Source of the DNA: Heterodontus francisci
Taxonomy: Eukaryota
Direction: 5' to 3'
DNA: 64,000 nucleotides
Assembly: GCF_036365525.1 (NCBI RefSeq)
Contig: NC_090395.1
Span: 45,390,136-45,454,135, forward strand
Shown: positions 1 to 12,786 of the stretch, piece after piece
Position numbering within the stretch: position 1 is the stretch's first letter
How the letters are laid out: the number at the start of each line of letters is the position of its first letter
Translations under genes and position numbers: made by a program
Notes under the pieces: model-generated
Seen by the model: only the letters and a program-made list of their open reading frames with translations
What the model was told of the DNA's origin: nothing
The model's database searches: none

Positions 1-313
1 CTTAACATTTTCAGCACTGGCATTCATGATCCTGCTGAAGCTGGGTGCAGTCCCAACAGTTGCCACCAATCCCAGTGGTACTGCTGGGACTGAGGAGCTG
101 TCGGCCCACTAATTGGCTGGCAGCTCCTGGATTGGCCAGCTGCTCCTGGAGGCGGGACTTCCTGCCTCAGAGGGGTGGAAATCCTGCCTGAGGCCAATTA
201 AGGACCTTGGCCAAGTAAAATCTTTGCATGGCTCCCAGGCTCGGCGGAGGCAGGCTCGCCCCTGACTTTTAAGCCGGTGGGGGGGGGCTCTGCCCCAACA
301 TAAAATTCCGGCC
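1..313 (+). mobile_element. GC-rich non-autonomous TIR element (Harbinger-type MITE, family A), right part
   Basis: Internal blocks (gcagtccc, ctgctgggact, gattggccagc, ggtggaaatcctgcct) match 31620-31790. Ends in cataaaattccggcc at 313. Confidence 0.7.
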
Positions 314-539
314 ACAATATACTAATCGTGTGGGAAAATGGTAAATGCAATATTGGTTTGGTAGCTTATCTTTTATAATTACTAAGTCACATTGTTGGGA
401 CCAAGTAGAGGGTGTATTTCTAAATACGTTATAGCTGGGAGTGCTTGATGTTGACTCTCGATGCCTGAAATAGTTCGCATTCAATTCACCAATACTATCC
501 TTCAGCAATGATGAAGACACAACAAAATCTTGTTCTTTT

Positions 540-1210
540 CTCACCTTTGCCAGTGGATGTCAATCATTATACTATGTTTTCCTGAGTGAGTCCTTATCCA
601 TTCTAATGTGAGAATTCTGTTATGTGACTTCTGAAAATCCAAGTAAACTACATTTGCTGGCTAGTCATAACTTATTCAGTCGTTTACTTTCTTAAAGAGT
701 TCCAGTATTAGTGGGATGCGACCTATTACTTCTAAAACCGACAGCAAAAATCAATGTTTTTTGGATGAAGTTCAGTCGTATTTTGTAAAACGCTTGAGCT
801 GTTTTTCCACTACCAATTTTAGAACGTTATGATTCTCTGATTTCTCTGATTAATATCTCACTCCTTCTTTGAACAGCAGAATTACATTTGCTTTCTTTCA
901 GTCCTCAAGTTACAGCCTCATATTTATGTAGTTCCAAAAATGTTTTATTGCGACCTCATAAATTTCTTCTCTTATTTTCTTGGAAGATTTTAGTGAGCAT
1001 TTTTTTCTGGTCCAGGTGACATATCGACATTAAATAGAGTTTCTTGATAATGCAGTCTGCTGACATGTATTACAACATGTTGAGGGATTAGTTCTGGAAT
1101 TTGCCTGCTGTCTTCAATATTTATCTGTGGGAAATTAATTGTTCTTTTACTTCTGAATCCTCAACTCTACTTCCATCCACTTTGACCTTTAAACTATCAA
1201 TTTTATAAAG
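540..1210 (-). mobile_element. Ancient, heavily decayed CR1-like RT remnant
   Basis: Minus strand retains ANVILLFKEG-like and NVVYLDFQK-like RT motifs. AT-rich with many disablements. Confidence 0.5.
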
Positions 1211-1212
1211 TC

Positions 1213-2866
1213 CTAGAGTCATAGGATTATACAGCACAGAAACAGGCCCATCGACCCATCGTGTCTGTGCTGGCCATCAAGCACCCAACTATTCTAATCC
1301 CATTTTCCAGCATTTGGCCCGTAACCTTGTATGCTATGGCATTTCAAGTGCTCATCTAAATGCTTCTTAAATATTGTGAGGGTTCCTGCCTCAACCACCT
1401 CTTTAGAGATTCCAGATTCCAACCCTCTCTGGGTGAAAAAATGTTTCCTCAAATCCCCTCTAAACCTCCTGTCCCTTACCTTAAATCTATGCCCCCGGTT
1501 ATTGACCCCTCCGCTAAGGGAAAAAGTTTCTTCCTGTCTAACCTATCAATGTCCCTCATAATTTTGTATAGTTCGATCATATCTCCCCTCAGCCTTCTCT
1601 GTTCTAAGGAAAACAACCCTAGCCTTTTCAGTCCCTCTTCATAGCTGAAATGCTCCAACCTAGGTAACATCCTGGTGAATCTCCTCTGCACCCTCTCCAG
1701 TGCAATCACATCCTTCCTATAGTGTGGTGCCCAGAACTGTACACAGTACTCCAGCTGTGGTCTAACTAGCATTTTATACAGCTCCATCATAACCTCCCTG
1801 CTCTTATATTTTGTGCCTCGGCTGATAAAGGCAAGTATCCCATATGCCCTCCTCACCACGTTATCTACCTACCTGTGCTGCTGCCTTTTTGATCTATGGA
1901 CAAGTACACCAAGGTCCCTCTGACCCTCTGTACTTCCTAGGGTCCTACCATCCATTGTATATTCCCTTGCCTTGTTAGTCCTCCCAAAAAGCATCACCTC
2001 ACACTTCTCAGGATTAAATTCCATTTGTCACAGCTCTGCCCATCTTACCAGCCCATCTATATCGTCCTGTAATCTAAGGCTTTCATCCTCACTATTTACG
2101 ACACCACCAATTTTCGTGTCATCTGCGAACTTACTGATCATACCTCCTATATTCATGTCTAAATCATTAATGTACACTACAAACAGCAAGGGTCCCAGCA
2201 CCGATCCCTGTGGTACACCACTGGTCACAGGCTTCCACTCGCAGAAACAACCCTCGACCATTACCCTCTGCCTCTTGCCACAAAGCCAATTTTGGATCCA
2301 AATTGTCAAATTGCCTGGATCCCATGGGCCCTTACCTTCTTAATCAATCTCTCTTGTGGGACCTTATCAAAAGCCTTACAGAAGTCCATGTCGACTACTT
2401 CAACTACTTTACCCTCATCTACACACCTCGTCACCGCCTCGAAAAATTTAATCAAGTTAGTTAGACACAATCTCCCCCTGACAAAGGCATGCTGACTAAC
2501 CCTGATTAATCCCTGCCTCTCCAAGTGGAGATTAATCCTGTCCCTCAGAATTTTTTCCAATAGTTTCCCAACTACTGATGTTAGACTCGCCGGCCTGTAA
2601 TTACCTGCTACCCTTCTTGAATAATGGTACCACATTCGCTGTCCTCCAATCCTTTGGTACCTCTCCTGTGGCCAGAGAGGATTTGAAAATGTGTGTCAGA
2701 GCCCCTGCAATCTCCTCTCTTGCCTCACATAACAGCCTGGGATACATCTCATCTGGTCCTGGGGATTTATCCACTTATAAGCCCACTAAAACAGCGAATA
2801 CTTCCTCCCTTTCAATGCTAATATGTTCAAGTATATCACAACACCTCCCTCCCTGATCTCTACACC
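1213..2866 (-). mobile_element. CR1-group LINE (HER1-like), 5'-truncated RT and 3' tail
   Basis: ORF pieces NYRPASLTSVVGKLLE, DFCKAFDKVP, SGVPQGSVLGPLLF, KFADDTK, LVRPQLEYCVQFW. The 3' tail resembles the HE1 SINE tail. Confidence 0.92.
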
Positions 2867-3989
2867 TATATTTATGTTTAAAACTCAAACCCAAACATTC
2901 TTTGAGACCTTTTTTGCTGTTGACTGTTCCAACTTTTTATTTCCCTCTTACTCTTTCCAATAATCCTTTTAGCTATCCTCAACCAATTTTTAATTTCCTC
3001 GCAGTTTTCACAGCATTTGCAATGAAGCCTGTCTCTCCTCAATTTCTTTTTGAGGACGTTTGTATTGTAAATTCAGATTTGATTTTGGGAGGAGTAAGTG
3101 AGAAATCAGCTGTCATATCTGATGTTCCAGGTAAGGTAACGATAGAATAATTTATGCAATATCCTAATGTAGTCTGTATGAGAGAACTAAAATGCATCTA
3201 ACTGATGTTATACTTCCACTTGGAACTTACAATGATTTATTGCTACTGCACAGCTATCATGATGTGCACTTTTACAGTTACCCCCGTCTTTACACGCCCA
3301 CCTATCATCCAGGTGAAAGTCAAGTATGTGGGACATCAGATATATTTCTGCTTTGCATCTTAATAATGCTAGTGAGTTCTGTGTTTCATTTGCAATATTA
3401 CAGTTGCAGAGATGCATCATAGTTTCAGTCTTCAGGAGAATGTGCCCTTCAACTACATAATGTGAATGATCTCTTTACGATCTTTGCTGTTTAAAACACC
3501 TTGTTTGTGATTTTTTAAAATTGCAGCGATTGGTTGTGAATTCAGAGCAAGTATTCTGTTATTAATGTCTTTCCAGTGGAAAATGAAACAAGGCTACCCA
3601 TGTTGATACTGTCCAGATTGCCCAGCTTTCACAGTGATGAAAGAGAAAAGATATGGCTTTCAGTCATTGGACTAGTTTTAAATGCAGGTCTTGGATATGA
3701 TAGAACCACGTGCTGAAGTACTGCACTATCCAGTTCCCCCCTCCTAATCCAGGTCCAGGATGTCAAATGTCTTGTTGATGGTGATGCCTAAGCATTGATG
3801 ATTTGTTGGAAAAGAATTATAATCATTTTATAAACTATTAAATTAGTATTTCTTTTCCTCAGTCCCCAGGGCAATTTTTATCAATATGCTTTCTCCTTCT
3901 AAAAGTCTGGACTTCTATGTGGCTACAATTACTGGTAATTTGTGATCAATCAGCATGAGATGTGTGGCTTCAGGACAGCAACTATTGTT

Positions 3990-4008
3990 TTCTCTCTCTC
4001 TCTCTCTC
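3990..4008. repeat. (CT)n microsatellite
   Basis: About 9 CT units seen directly. Confidence 0.8.
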
Positions 4009-4359
4009 GGAGAAGCACAAACCCGTTATTGTGCAATCTGATTGGGAAAAAGTGCAGGGCACACATGAAGTGCAATAAGTGAATATGCAATTTAAGTTTG
4101 GGACAATAATGTAATCATAGTGCCTTTCCACCCCACCACCCCCCCACCCCCCCAACTTAAAGATGATCTCAAATATTACCTATTTACTTTTCACCTTCTG
4201 GTTGGGCTCTATAATTCAGAATCAGATTTAGTTATGTCCTTTGTTAAGACCGACTGCTAACTGCACCCTACCACTGTGTAGGGGTATGGTTATGCAGTAG
4301 TTGCATTACTGGACTATTCCAGAGGCCTGAACTAATAATCCAGAGAATGCGAGTTCAAT

Positions 4360-4560
4360 GAGGACTGTGGAAGATTATGCTAGGAGCAGCACAAGGCATA
4401 CCTAAAATGAAGTGCCAACCTGGTGAAGCTACAACACAGGACTACATGCATGCTAACAGCAGAAGCAGCATGCTACAGACAAAATTGAACAATCCCTCAA
4501 CCAACAGAAACGGTCAAAGTTTTGCAGTCCTGCCACATCCAGTAGTGAATGGTGCAGGAC
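4360..4560 (+). mobile_element. Internal LINE fragment, probably the same family as 5480-6935, preceded by a tRNA-SINE head fragment at about 4285-4358
   Basis: YLKMKCQPGEATTQDYMHA-like tether region. The upstream ctggacta..ccagaggcc...gagttcaa resembles the SINE head at 60044. Confidence 0.5.
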
Positions 4561-4590
4561 ATGCAGGACGTGGTTTTAAGAACAGAACCA

Positions 4591-4730
4591 GAATCTGAAG
4601 AAGAGTCACATCCAGCTCAAAACAGTAACTCTGTTTCTCTCTCCACAGATGCGTCCAGACCTTCTGAGTATTTCCAGCACTTTCGGTTTTATTTCAGATT
4701 TCCAGCATCTGCAGTATTTTACTTTTATTA
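4591..4730 (+). mobile_element. Penelope-like terminal repeat fragment with a degenerate hammerhead motif
   Basis: ctgaaga-a-gagtc..agctc-aaaac followed by aactctgtttctctctccacagatgc...gagtatttccagcac...ttcagatttccagcatc, shared with the copies at 19039, 27546 and 60100. Confidence 0.7.
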
Positions 4731-4885
4731 TATTTGTGCTCCACTGCTGCAGAGCGTGGTGAGCCAAGGATATGGAAGGTATCGCTGGTCTCCCAGGATT
4801 CAACCCTTAATTTGAAGGGTACCGGCAAATAATGAGGCATGATAAACCACGACTGTTGCCAAGGAAGTAGGAATTCACATACATG

Positions 4886-7245
4886 GTGCTGAAGTTTTGT
4901 GTTGGGGGCAGGAAACAGAAGTCTGGACTGTTTCTGGGTCCTGAACCCATGCTGTGGGGTGGGGTGGGGGGGGTGGGGGGAACAGAATTAAGCCACAATT
5001 TTCATGGGGGCAACCCCTTAATTGGTGTGGAGACAGGTTTGGCAGCCAATTAGCATCTGCGGAAGCAGGAACGGAGGCAGGACAGATGAAGTGCGTGCCC
5101 GATTTAAACTCTGCACAGCAGCCATTACTGTGGCTGCTGTGTGAGTGATGAAGATTGCTGAGAAGATTGAAGAGAAGATTGCTGTTGAGCCTTAGCCTGG
5201 ATTGTTGTCTCCCATGGTGTCGCATGGGAGCCGGAATCATGGCACCCGGGGCAGGGCAGACCCTCGGTTCCCCGACAATTACCTTTACGTGATGCTGGAG
5301 GCCATGAGGGAGAGGAGGGAGATAATCTTCCTAGAGGGTGGCAGGAGGAGGCCACCCATTGAGACAAAGCATACCTCAGTTAAGATAGCAGCCACTGTCA
5401 GTGGCAGAATGTCATTAAACAATCCTGGATTCAATGCAAGAAAAGATTCAATGACCTAATATACTCTGGCAAGGTGAGTGCGTCCCTAGCCAAACTGCTC
5501 CAGTACAGCTACAACACTGGCATCTACCCAGCAATGTGGAATATTGCTCAGGTATGTTCAGTACACAAAAAGCAGGACAAGTCCAACCCAGCCAATTACA
5601 GCCCCATCAGTCTACTCTCAATCATCAGCAAAGTGATGGAAGGTGTTGTTGCCAGTGCTATCAAGACCCACTTGCTTAGCAATAACCTGCTCACTGACAC
5701 TCAGTTTGGGTTCTGCCAGGGCCACTCAGCTCCTGACCTCATTACAGACTTGGTACAAACATGGACAAAAGAGCAGAACTGAAGAGGTGAGGTGAGACTG
5801 ACTGCCCTTGACATCAAGGCAGCATTTGACCGAGCATGGCATCAAGGTGCCCTCGCAAAACTGAGGTCAATGGGAATCAGAAGGAAAACTCTCCACTGGT
5901 TGGAGTCATACCAAGCGCAAAGGAAGATGGTTGTGGTTGTTGGAGGTCAATCATCTGAGTTCCAGGACATCACTGCAGGGGTTCCTCAGGGTATTGTCCT
6001 AGGCCCAACCATCTTCAGCTGCTTCATCAATGACCGTCCTTTAATCATAAGGCCAGAAGTGGGGATGTTCGCTGATGATTGCACAATGTTCAGCACCATT
6101 TGTGACTCCTCACATACTGAAGCAGTCCGTTCAGAAATGCAGCAAGACCTGGACAATATCCAGGCTTGGGCTGATAAGTAGCAAGTAACATTTGCGCCAC
6201 ACAAGTGCTAGGCAATGACCATCTCCAACAAGAGAGAATCAAACCATCTCCCTTGACATTCAATGGCATTACAATTGCTGAATCCCCCACTATCAACATC
6301 CTGGGGGTTACCATTGACCAGAAAATGAACTGGAGTAGCCATATAAATACCATGGCTACAAGAGAATGTCAGAGGCTAGGAATCCTGCGGCGAGTAACTC
6401 ACTTCCTGACTCCCTAAAGCCTGCCCGCCATCTACAAGGCACAAGTCAGGAGTGTGATGCAATACTCTCCACTTGCCTGGATGACATCATCCAGGACAAA
6501 GCAGCCCGCTTGATTGGCACCCCATCCACAAACATTCACTCCCTCCACCACTGATGCACAGTGGCAGCAGTGTGTACCATCTACAAGAGGCACTGCAGCA
6601 ACGCACCAAGGCTCCTGAGACAGCACCTTCCAAACCCACGGCCTCTACCGCCTAGAAGGACAAGGGCAACAGATGCACTACTACCTGCAAGTTCCCCTCC
6701 AAGCCACACATCATCCTGACTTGGAACTATATCGCCGTTTCTTCACTGTCGCTGGGTCAAAATCCTGGAACTCCCTTCCTAACAGCACTGTAGATGTACC
6801 TACCCCACATGGACTGCAGCAGTTCAAGAAGGTAGCTCACCACCACCTTCACAAGGGCAATTAGGGATGGGCAATAAAGGCTGGTCTAGCCTGTGATGCC
6901 CACATTCCAGGAATGAATAAAAAATTTTAAAAAAACATCCAAGCCTTCAGACAGGCCTCTGGGTACTCACCCTCCAGCAGACGCACCACCTGAGGCCCCT
7001 CACAGGGCATGCTGCTCCTGAACACGGGGTGGGGGGGCGGGGGTATGTGCCCAGGCAGCTTACTCACCCCTCAGAATGGCTCAGAGCCACAGTGCTGCTG
7101 AGGACCTGCCACCACTGAAGCATGCAGCTTCTAATGAATAAAGGCAGATGCCATTGGCCACAAGGAAGAGCAGTGCCCTATCTTGCTCTCCTTTGTCCTT
7201 GCAGGAGAAAGGGGCACACAATGCCTGGGAAGGGGCACAAGTTTT
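4886..7245 (+). pseudogene. PIF/Harbinger transposon remnant with a spliced Myb/SANT-like gene (exon 1 about 5214-5473, exon 2 from 7205), interrupted by a LINE
   Basis: PRFPDNYLYVMLEAMRERREIIF..GRRRPPIETK...IAATVS, frameshift, then WIQCKKRFNDLIYSGK|gtgagt. Acceptor ctttgtccttgcag|EKGAHNAWEGAQ. TIR-like gtgctgaagtttt at 4886. Confidence 0.75.
5480..6935 (+). mobile_element. CR1/L2-group LINE (second family, tail aagggcaattagggatgggcaataaa), 5'-truncated
   Basis: ANYSPISLLSIISKVME, ALDIKAAFDRAWH, AGVPQGIVLGP, MFADDCT. Ends in gaatgaataaaaaa. Confidence 0.9.
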
Positions 7246-7249
7246 AAAC

Positions 7250-8700
7250 TCTCTTGGTGATCCTCAGACATGTTTGAATAATTGTATGAGGATCAGAAAA
7301 TGCTGCTCAAGCTTGTGGTCTACAACTGCACTTTCCTCTCAACATGTGTTTGGTGAGATTATTGCCAGTTTTACAGAAACCCTTGAACCTCCAGATAATT
7401 AAGGTTGTCACTTGAACATGTTTCACCATCAACCCTGTCTTCTTAATTATATTGCTTTGTCAAATGCAGATATTCTTTACTGTCTTGCTTTGTGTATCAA
7501 GATTTGTGAAAATTCTGCAAAGATGGGTTTAGATAAAATAAGGAGCTAGACACACAAAATTACTTCTGTATTCTATGTATGTCCCCAATTTTCTCCTCTC
7601 CTGAAGGTGTTGACTCCCTGCTACAGTATTGTTCTACTGGCACCAATTGCCCTCCAGTTCCTTGCTGAAGTGGCCTTTATTCCCAAGTGAGCATTGGCGG
7701 TGAGAGTCAGCAGGCTATTTGACTCTAGGGCCATTATAGCTGGACCCATTTCTCTCCTCACCAAACATCCAAACATATGCAAGGGTCAGTGGACAGTGAT
7801 TCCTCACCCCAACACTGATGCATTGAGACACTGCCATTAAATAACTCAGCAGAAACTGCACATTTATTTTCTATACCTTTGCTTATGTACTTCAACACTT
7901 TGGAATAGCTTATTGTTTACAACATCGATTTATTTATTGATATACCATGTTTGCTACTTTTAATACCAGTATTATATTCAATTTCTTTCAATATTAAATT
8001 CCATTTCAATTGTCCCATTGCAGTCTCAAAGCTCTTGCAATTTTATCCATTTTCTGTGACCATCTTGTTCCTATAAAATAATTTAGGCACTATACTTACA
8101 ATACCGTTGAGAAAATCATTACTAAATGATTTAAAAGCAGGAGTATCTGGAGTAAGAGATTTTGCTGACCAATTAAGATAAGCTTTAATTACAATGATCT
8201 GTTTCCTATTATCTAAAACAAAATTCATATATTTCTTCCTTCAACATATCTTTTAAAATATGTTCATTTTCTTTTAAGTTACTTTTCACTTATTTATTGA
8301 GGGATTGATATTAACCTTTCATTTCTGTGGGGCATAATTTATTCTACTGATTCTCCAATATATCCTTAATAGCAGTTCACCTTTGTTTGACATTTCCCCC
8401 TTTATTTTTTTTTCTCTTCCCATTTCAAGTCTTAAAGGTTATATTAATTTCAATACCTGTTGCTACCAGCTGCAGCATAATATCAAATCTGCTAACATTA
8501 TATTTGCTTAAGTGTTCCACAAACTATAAATGGGCGACCATTACTAAATACCAGTTCAGGTGTGGCTTGCCTTTTGTTTTGATTTTAACATGTTCCATTT
8601 AAAAGTATCGCTGATCTTTCAAGAAACCCTTTCCTCATGTGACTTTCACATTCGGGCATTAAAATCTCAAAAAATATGATTCACTTTTACACTAATATTG
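7250..8700 (-). mobile_element. Ancient decayed CR1-like remnant
   Basis: The minus strand retains weak MEFNIE-like and KYISKGIENK-like motifs typical of the CR1 ORF2 C-terminal half. Confidence 0.35.
7585..7860 (-). mobile_element. Old SINE, AmnSINE2-like
   Basis: ccaattttctcctctcctgaaggtgttgactc...aagtggcc...gcaggctatttgac...ctcctcaccaaacatcc...ggtcagtggacagtgat...aactcagcaga matches my recollection of the AmnSINE2 consensus in reverse. Confidence 0.55.
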
Positions 8701-8944
8701 TCTTATTTCATTTAAATTATGAAATGATCTTTCAAAATCCAAGATCAAGCTAATTCTCCTTTTAACTTTTTTCCTCCTGAATGTTTTTTCCTCTTTCTCT
8801 TCTGAGATTGCTGAATTTTGATGGGATATGGCTCCACAACTTCTAGCTATCCTCCAGTATCTAATCAAAGTGAATCCAAGCAGTAAAGCCTAGATTTTGT
8901 GATTGGGGAGTCAAGCCTAACAGAAGGACTGATAGTGCAATATT

Positions 8945-11900
8945 CAATGAGACAAAGATTCCATAATTAGGGAGACAGGCGCTTCTGTAACCATCATTGT
9001 GAGTTTCACATGATGTGTTGTCTCCATGGTGCCAGGATAAAGGACATCAAGGAAAGGGTGCAGAATCTTCTGCAGGGGGGAAGGGATTGAGTCAGAAGTT
9101 GTGATGCACGTCAATAGCAACAACATAGAAAGCACAGGTGTTAGGCTCCTGCAGTCAGACTTTCCGGACCGAGAGAGCAAGTTAAAAAGTAGAACCTCAA
9201 AGGTAGTAATCTCTGGAATATTTTCAATGTTACGTGCTAGCGAGAGTAGAAATAGGAAGGCGGGATCAATGCGTGGCTTGAGGCATGGTGCAGGAGGGAG
9301 GGCTTTAGATTCTTGGGAATTGGAACCAGTTCTGGGGCAGCAGGCACCTATTCAAAAGGGACAGGCTGAACCTCAACAGGACTGGGATACGCATCCTTGT
9401 GGGGAAGTTCACTCGTGGTTGGGGAGGGTTTAAACTAAAATGGCAGGGGGATGGGCACCAGCATATAGATGTAGAAAAGAGAAATAAGGTGCATAAAGGG
9501 GCAAGAGTGTTGGATAGTACTAGAGAAGGGAGTAGTACGATATTTTTTAGAAGCAGACTAAGAAGAATATCGAGTAATGCAAAGACAGGTTTAGAATGCA
9601 TGTGTGTAAACACACAAAGTATGATGAATAAGGCTGGTGAGCTACAAGCACAAATATCCATGTGGGAATATAATGTAGTGGCAGTAATGTAAATGTGGCA
9701 TAAAAATGGTGAGGACTGGGTGCTTAATATTCAACAATACAGTGTTCAGAACAGATAGGGAAGGGAAAAAGGAAGGTGGGATGGCAGAGCTGATTAGGGA
9801 AGACATTATATTGTTAGAAATAGAAGATGTCCTTAAGGGGCAGGGACAGAATGCATTTGGTTAGAGTAGAGAAGCAAAAAAGATATGATCACATTACTAG
9901 GTTATTCTATACGCCTCCGAAGCGTGAAAGAGAGATAGGGGAACAAATCTGCAGGGAAATCACAGAGATGTGCAAGAAGTATGGAGTGGTGATTTTGGGG
10001 GATTTTAATTATCCAAATATCGATTGGCATAATGTTAGACTAAAGGGTAAGGAGGGAGAAGAATTTCTGAAATGCGTTCAGAACAACTTCCTTAACCAGT
10101 ATGTTCTCAGTTCAACTAGGAAGAAGGCATTGCTGGATCTGGTGCTGGGTATGGAGGTGGGCCAAATGGACTGAGTGTCTGTGGGGGGACATTTGAGTAA
10201 AAGTGATCTTTGTAACATAAGGTTTAGTTTAGTAATGGAGAAGAGCAAGGAACAATCTAAAGTAGAACTTCGAAATTGGAAGAGGGATGAGAGGGATCTG
10301 GCCAAGGTAAAATGGAACCAAAGACTGACAGGAAAAACTGCAACAGAACAATGGGTGATCTTTAAGGAGGAGATGTTTCAGGTATAGGCTAAGTACATTA
10401 CAACAAGGAAGAAAGATAGGAGAACCAAAACCAGGGCTCGTTGGATGATGAGGGAGATAGTGAATATGATGAAACAAAAAAAGTGTATGATGCATGCCAG
10501 GTGAATTCTTCAAGCAAAAAACAGGCCAAATACAATAATTTGAGAGGGGAACTGAAGAGGAAAATAAGACTGGCAAAGAGAGAATAAGAGAATAGAATGG
10601 CAGTTAACATAAAAACCAAAAATCTTCTACTAGCATGTAAATAGTGAGTAGTAAGAGGCAGGGTGAGGCCTAAGAGGGCCAAAGAAGATAATATATGCTT
10701 AGAGGTGCAGGACAAGGCTAGAATACTTAATTAGTACTTTGTATTGGTGTTTATGAAGGAAAAGGATGCTGACAAAATATTGGTAAAAGGGGAGATGGCA
10801 GAGGTAATGTATTGGGTGAAAATTGATAGGCAAGATGTACTAGAAAGGCTGGCTATGCTTAGAGTGGATTAGTCACTGGTCTGGATGGCTTGGATCTCAG
10901 GTTGCTCAGGGAAGTGGGGGTGCAGACAGCAGAAGGGCTTGCCATAATCTTCCACATATCCCTAGATATGAGGGAGGTGCCACAGGATTGGAGAGTGGCA
11001 AATGTGACAGTCTTGTTCACGAAAGAGTGTAAGGACATTCCTAGTAATTCCAGGCCAGTCAATGTAACATCAATGGTGGGTAAGGTTTTAGAAACAATAA
11101 TCAAGGAAAGAATTAACAGGCACTTGGAGAGGTTTGAGTTAATTAAGGAGAGCCGGCACAGATTGGTAAAAGGCAGATCACGTTTGACTAATCTAACTGA
11201 ACATTTTGATGAAGCAACAGAGAATGCTGATGAAAAGAAAGCAATAGATATTGTCTATATGGATTTTAAATTTTAAGAAAGTGGTTGACAAAGACCCACA
11301 TAAAGGCTGGTTAACAAAATTGAGGCTTATGAAATAGGAGGGGCAATGTCAGCTTGGATAAAAAAAATTGGCTCAAGGACTGAAAACAGCGAGTCATGGT
11401 AAATGGTTGCTTTTCAGACTGGAAGATGGTAGACAGTGGTGTTCCCCAAGATTCAGTGTGAGAACCTCTACTTTTTTGATATATATAAATGATTTGGATA
11501 TTGGAATACAGATTAAAATTTCAAAATTTACTGATGATACCAAATTTGGTGGTGTGGCAAACCCTGAGGATGATACCAATCGACTGCAAACATAGATAGG
11601 TTAACAGGATTGGCAGACATGTGGCATATGAAATGTATTACAGCGAAGTGTGAGGTGATACATTTTGGCAGAAGGAACAGGGAGAGGCAATTTAGGCTTA
11701 ATGGCACAGTTCTAAACAGTGTGCAGGGACAGAGGAATCTCGGGGTTCATGTGCGTAGATCTTTGAAACTGGCAGGACATACTGAGAAAGTAATGAGCAA
11801 AGCATATGGGATCTTGGGCTTCATAAATAGAGGTAATGAGTACAAAAGCATTTATGCTGAACCTTTATAAAGCTCTGGTTAGGCCACAGCTAGAGTATTG

Positions 11901-12786
11901 CGTCCAGTTCTGGTCACCACACTTTATGAAGGATATGAGGGTCCTTGAGAGGATGCAGAAGGAATTTAGCAGAATGGTTCCAGGGATGAGGGATTTCAGC
12001 TATATTAGTTTGGAGGTGTGTTGTTCTCCATGGAGTGAAGGAGGTTGAGGGGAGATTTGGTAGAAGTTTAGTTTAGTTTAGTTTAGAGATACAGCACTGA
12101 AACAGGCCCTTCGGCCCACCGAGTCTGTGCCGACCATCAACCACCCATTTATACTAATCCTACACTAACTCCATATTCCTACCACATCCCCACCTGTCCC
12201 TATATTTCCCTACCACCTACCTATACTAGGGGCAATTGCTAATGGCCAATTTACCTATCAACCTGCAAGTCTTTGGCATGTGGGAGGAAACCGGAGCACT
12301 CGGAGGAAACCCACGCAGACACAGGGCGAACCTGCAAACTCCACACAGGCAGGACCCAGAATTGAACCCGGGTCGCTGGAGCTGTGAGGCTGCGGTGCTA
12401 ACCACTGCGCCACTGTGCCGCAGTGTACAAGATTATGACAGGTTTAGATAAGGTAGGCAAAGAGCTGTTCCCATTAGGTAATGATACAAGGACTAGGGGA
12501 TACAGATTTAAAGTTTTGGGCAAGAGATGCAGGAGGGATGTGAGAAATAACTTTTTTACGTAGTGAGTGGTAATGGCCTGGATCTCAATGACAATGAGGT
12601 TGGTGGAAGCGGAGGTGATCAATGATTTAAAAAGGAAACTGGATGGGCACTTGAAGGAAATAAACTTACAGGGCTATGGGGATAGAGTGAGGAAATGGGA
12701 CTGACTGGATTGCTCTACAGAGAGTTGGCATGGACCCAATGGGCCAAATAGCCTCCTTCAGTGTTGTTAGGACTCTATGACTCTAA
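8945..12786 (+). mobile_element. Near-full-length decayed CR1 LINE (ORF1 esterase remnant, APE endonuclease, RT, 3' tail)
   Basis: SKLKSRTSKVVISG (ORF1), CMCVNTQSMMNKAGELQAQ and ILGDFNYPNIDW (EN), KFTDDTK (RT), gactctatgactct tail. Confidence 0.9.
12068..12421 (-). mobile_element. HE1-like V-SINE nested in CR1
   Basis: tRNA-like head ggcacagtggcgcagtggttagc...gggttcaattc, V-domain tgtggagtttgca..ttc..cctgtgtctgcgtgggtttcctcc, (TAAAC)n tail. Confidence 0.92.
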
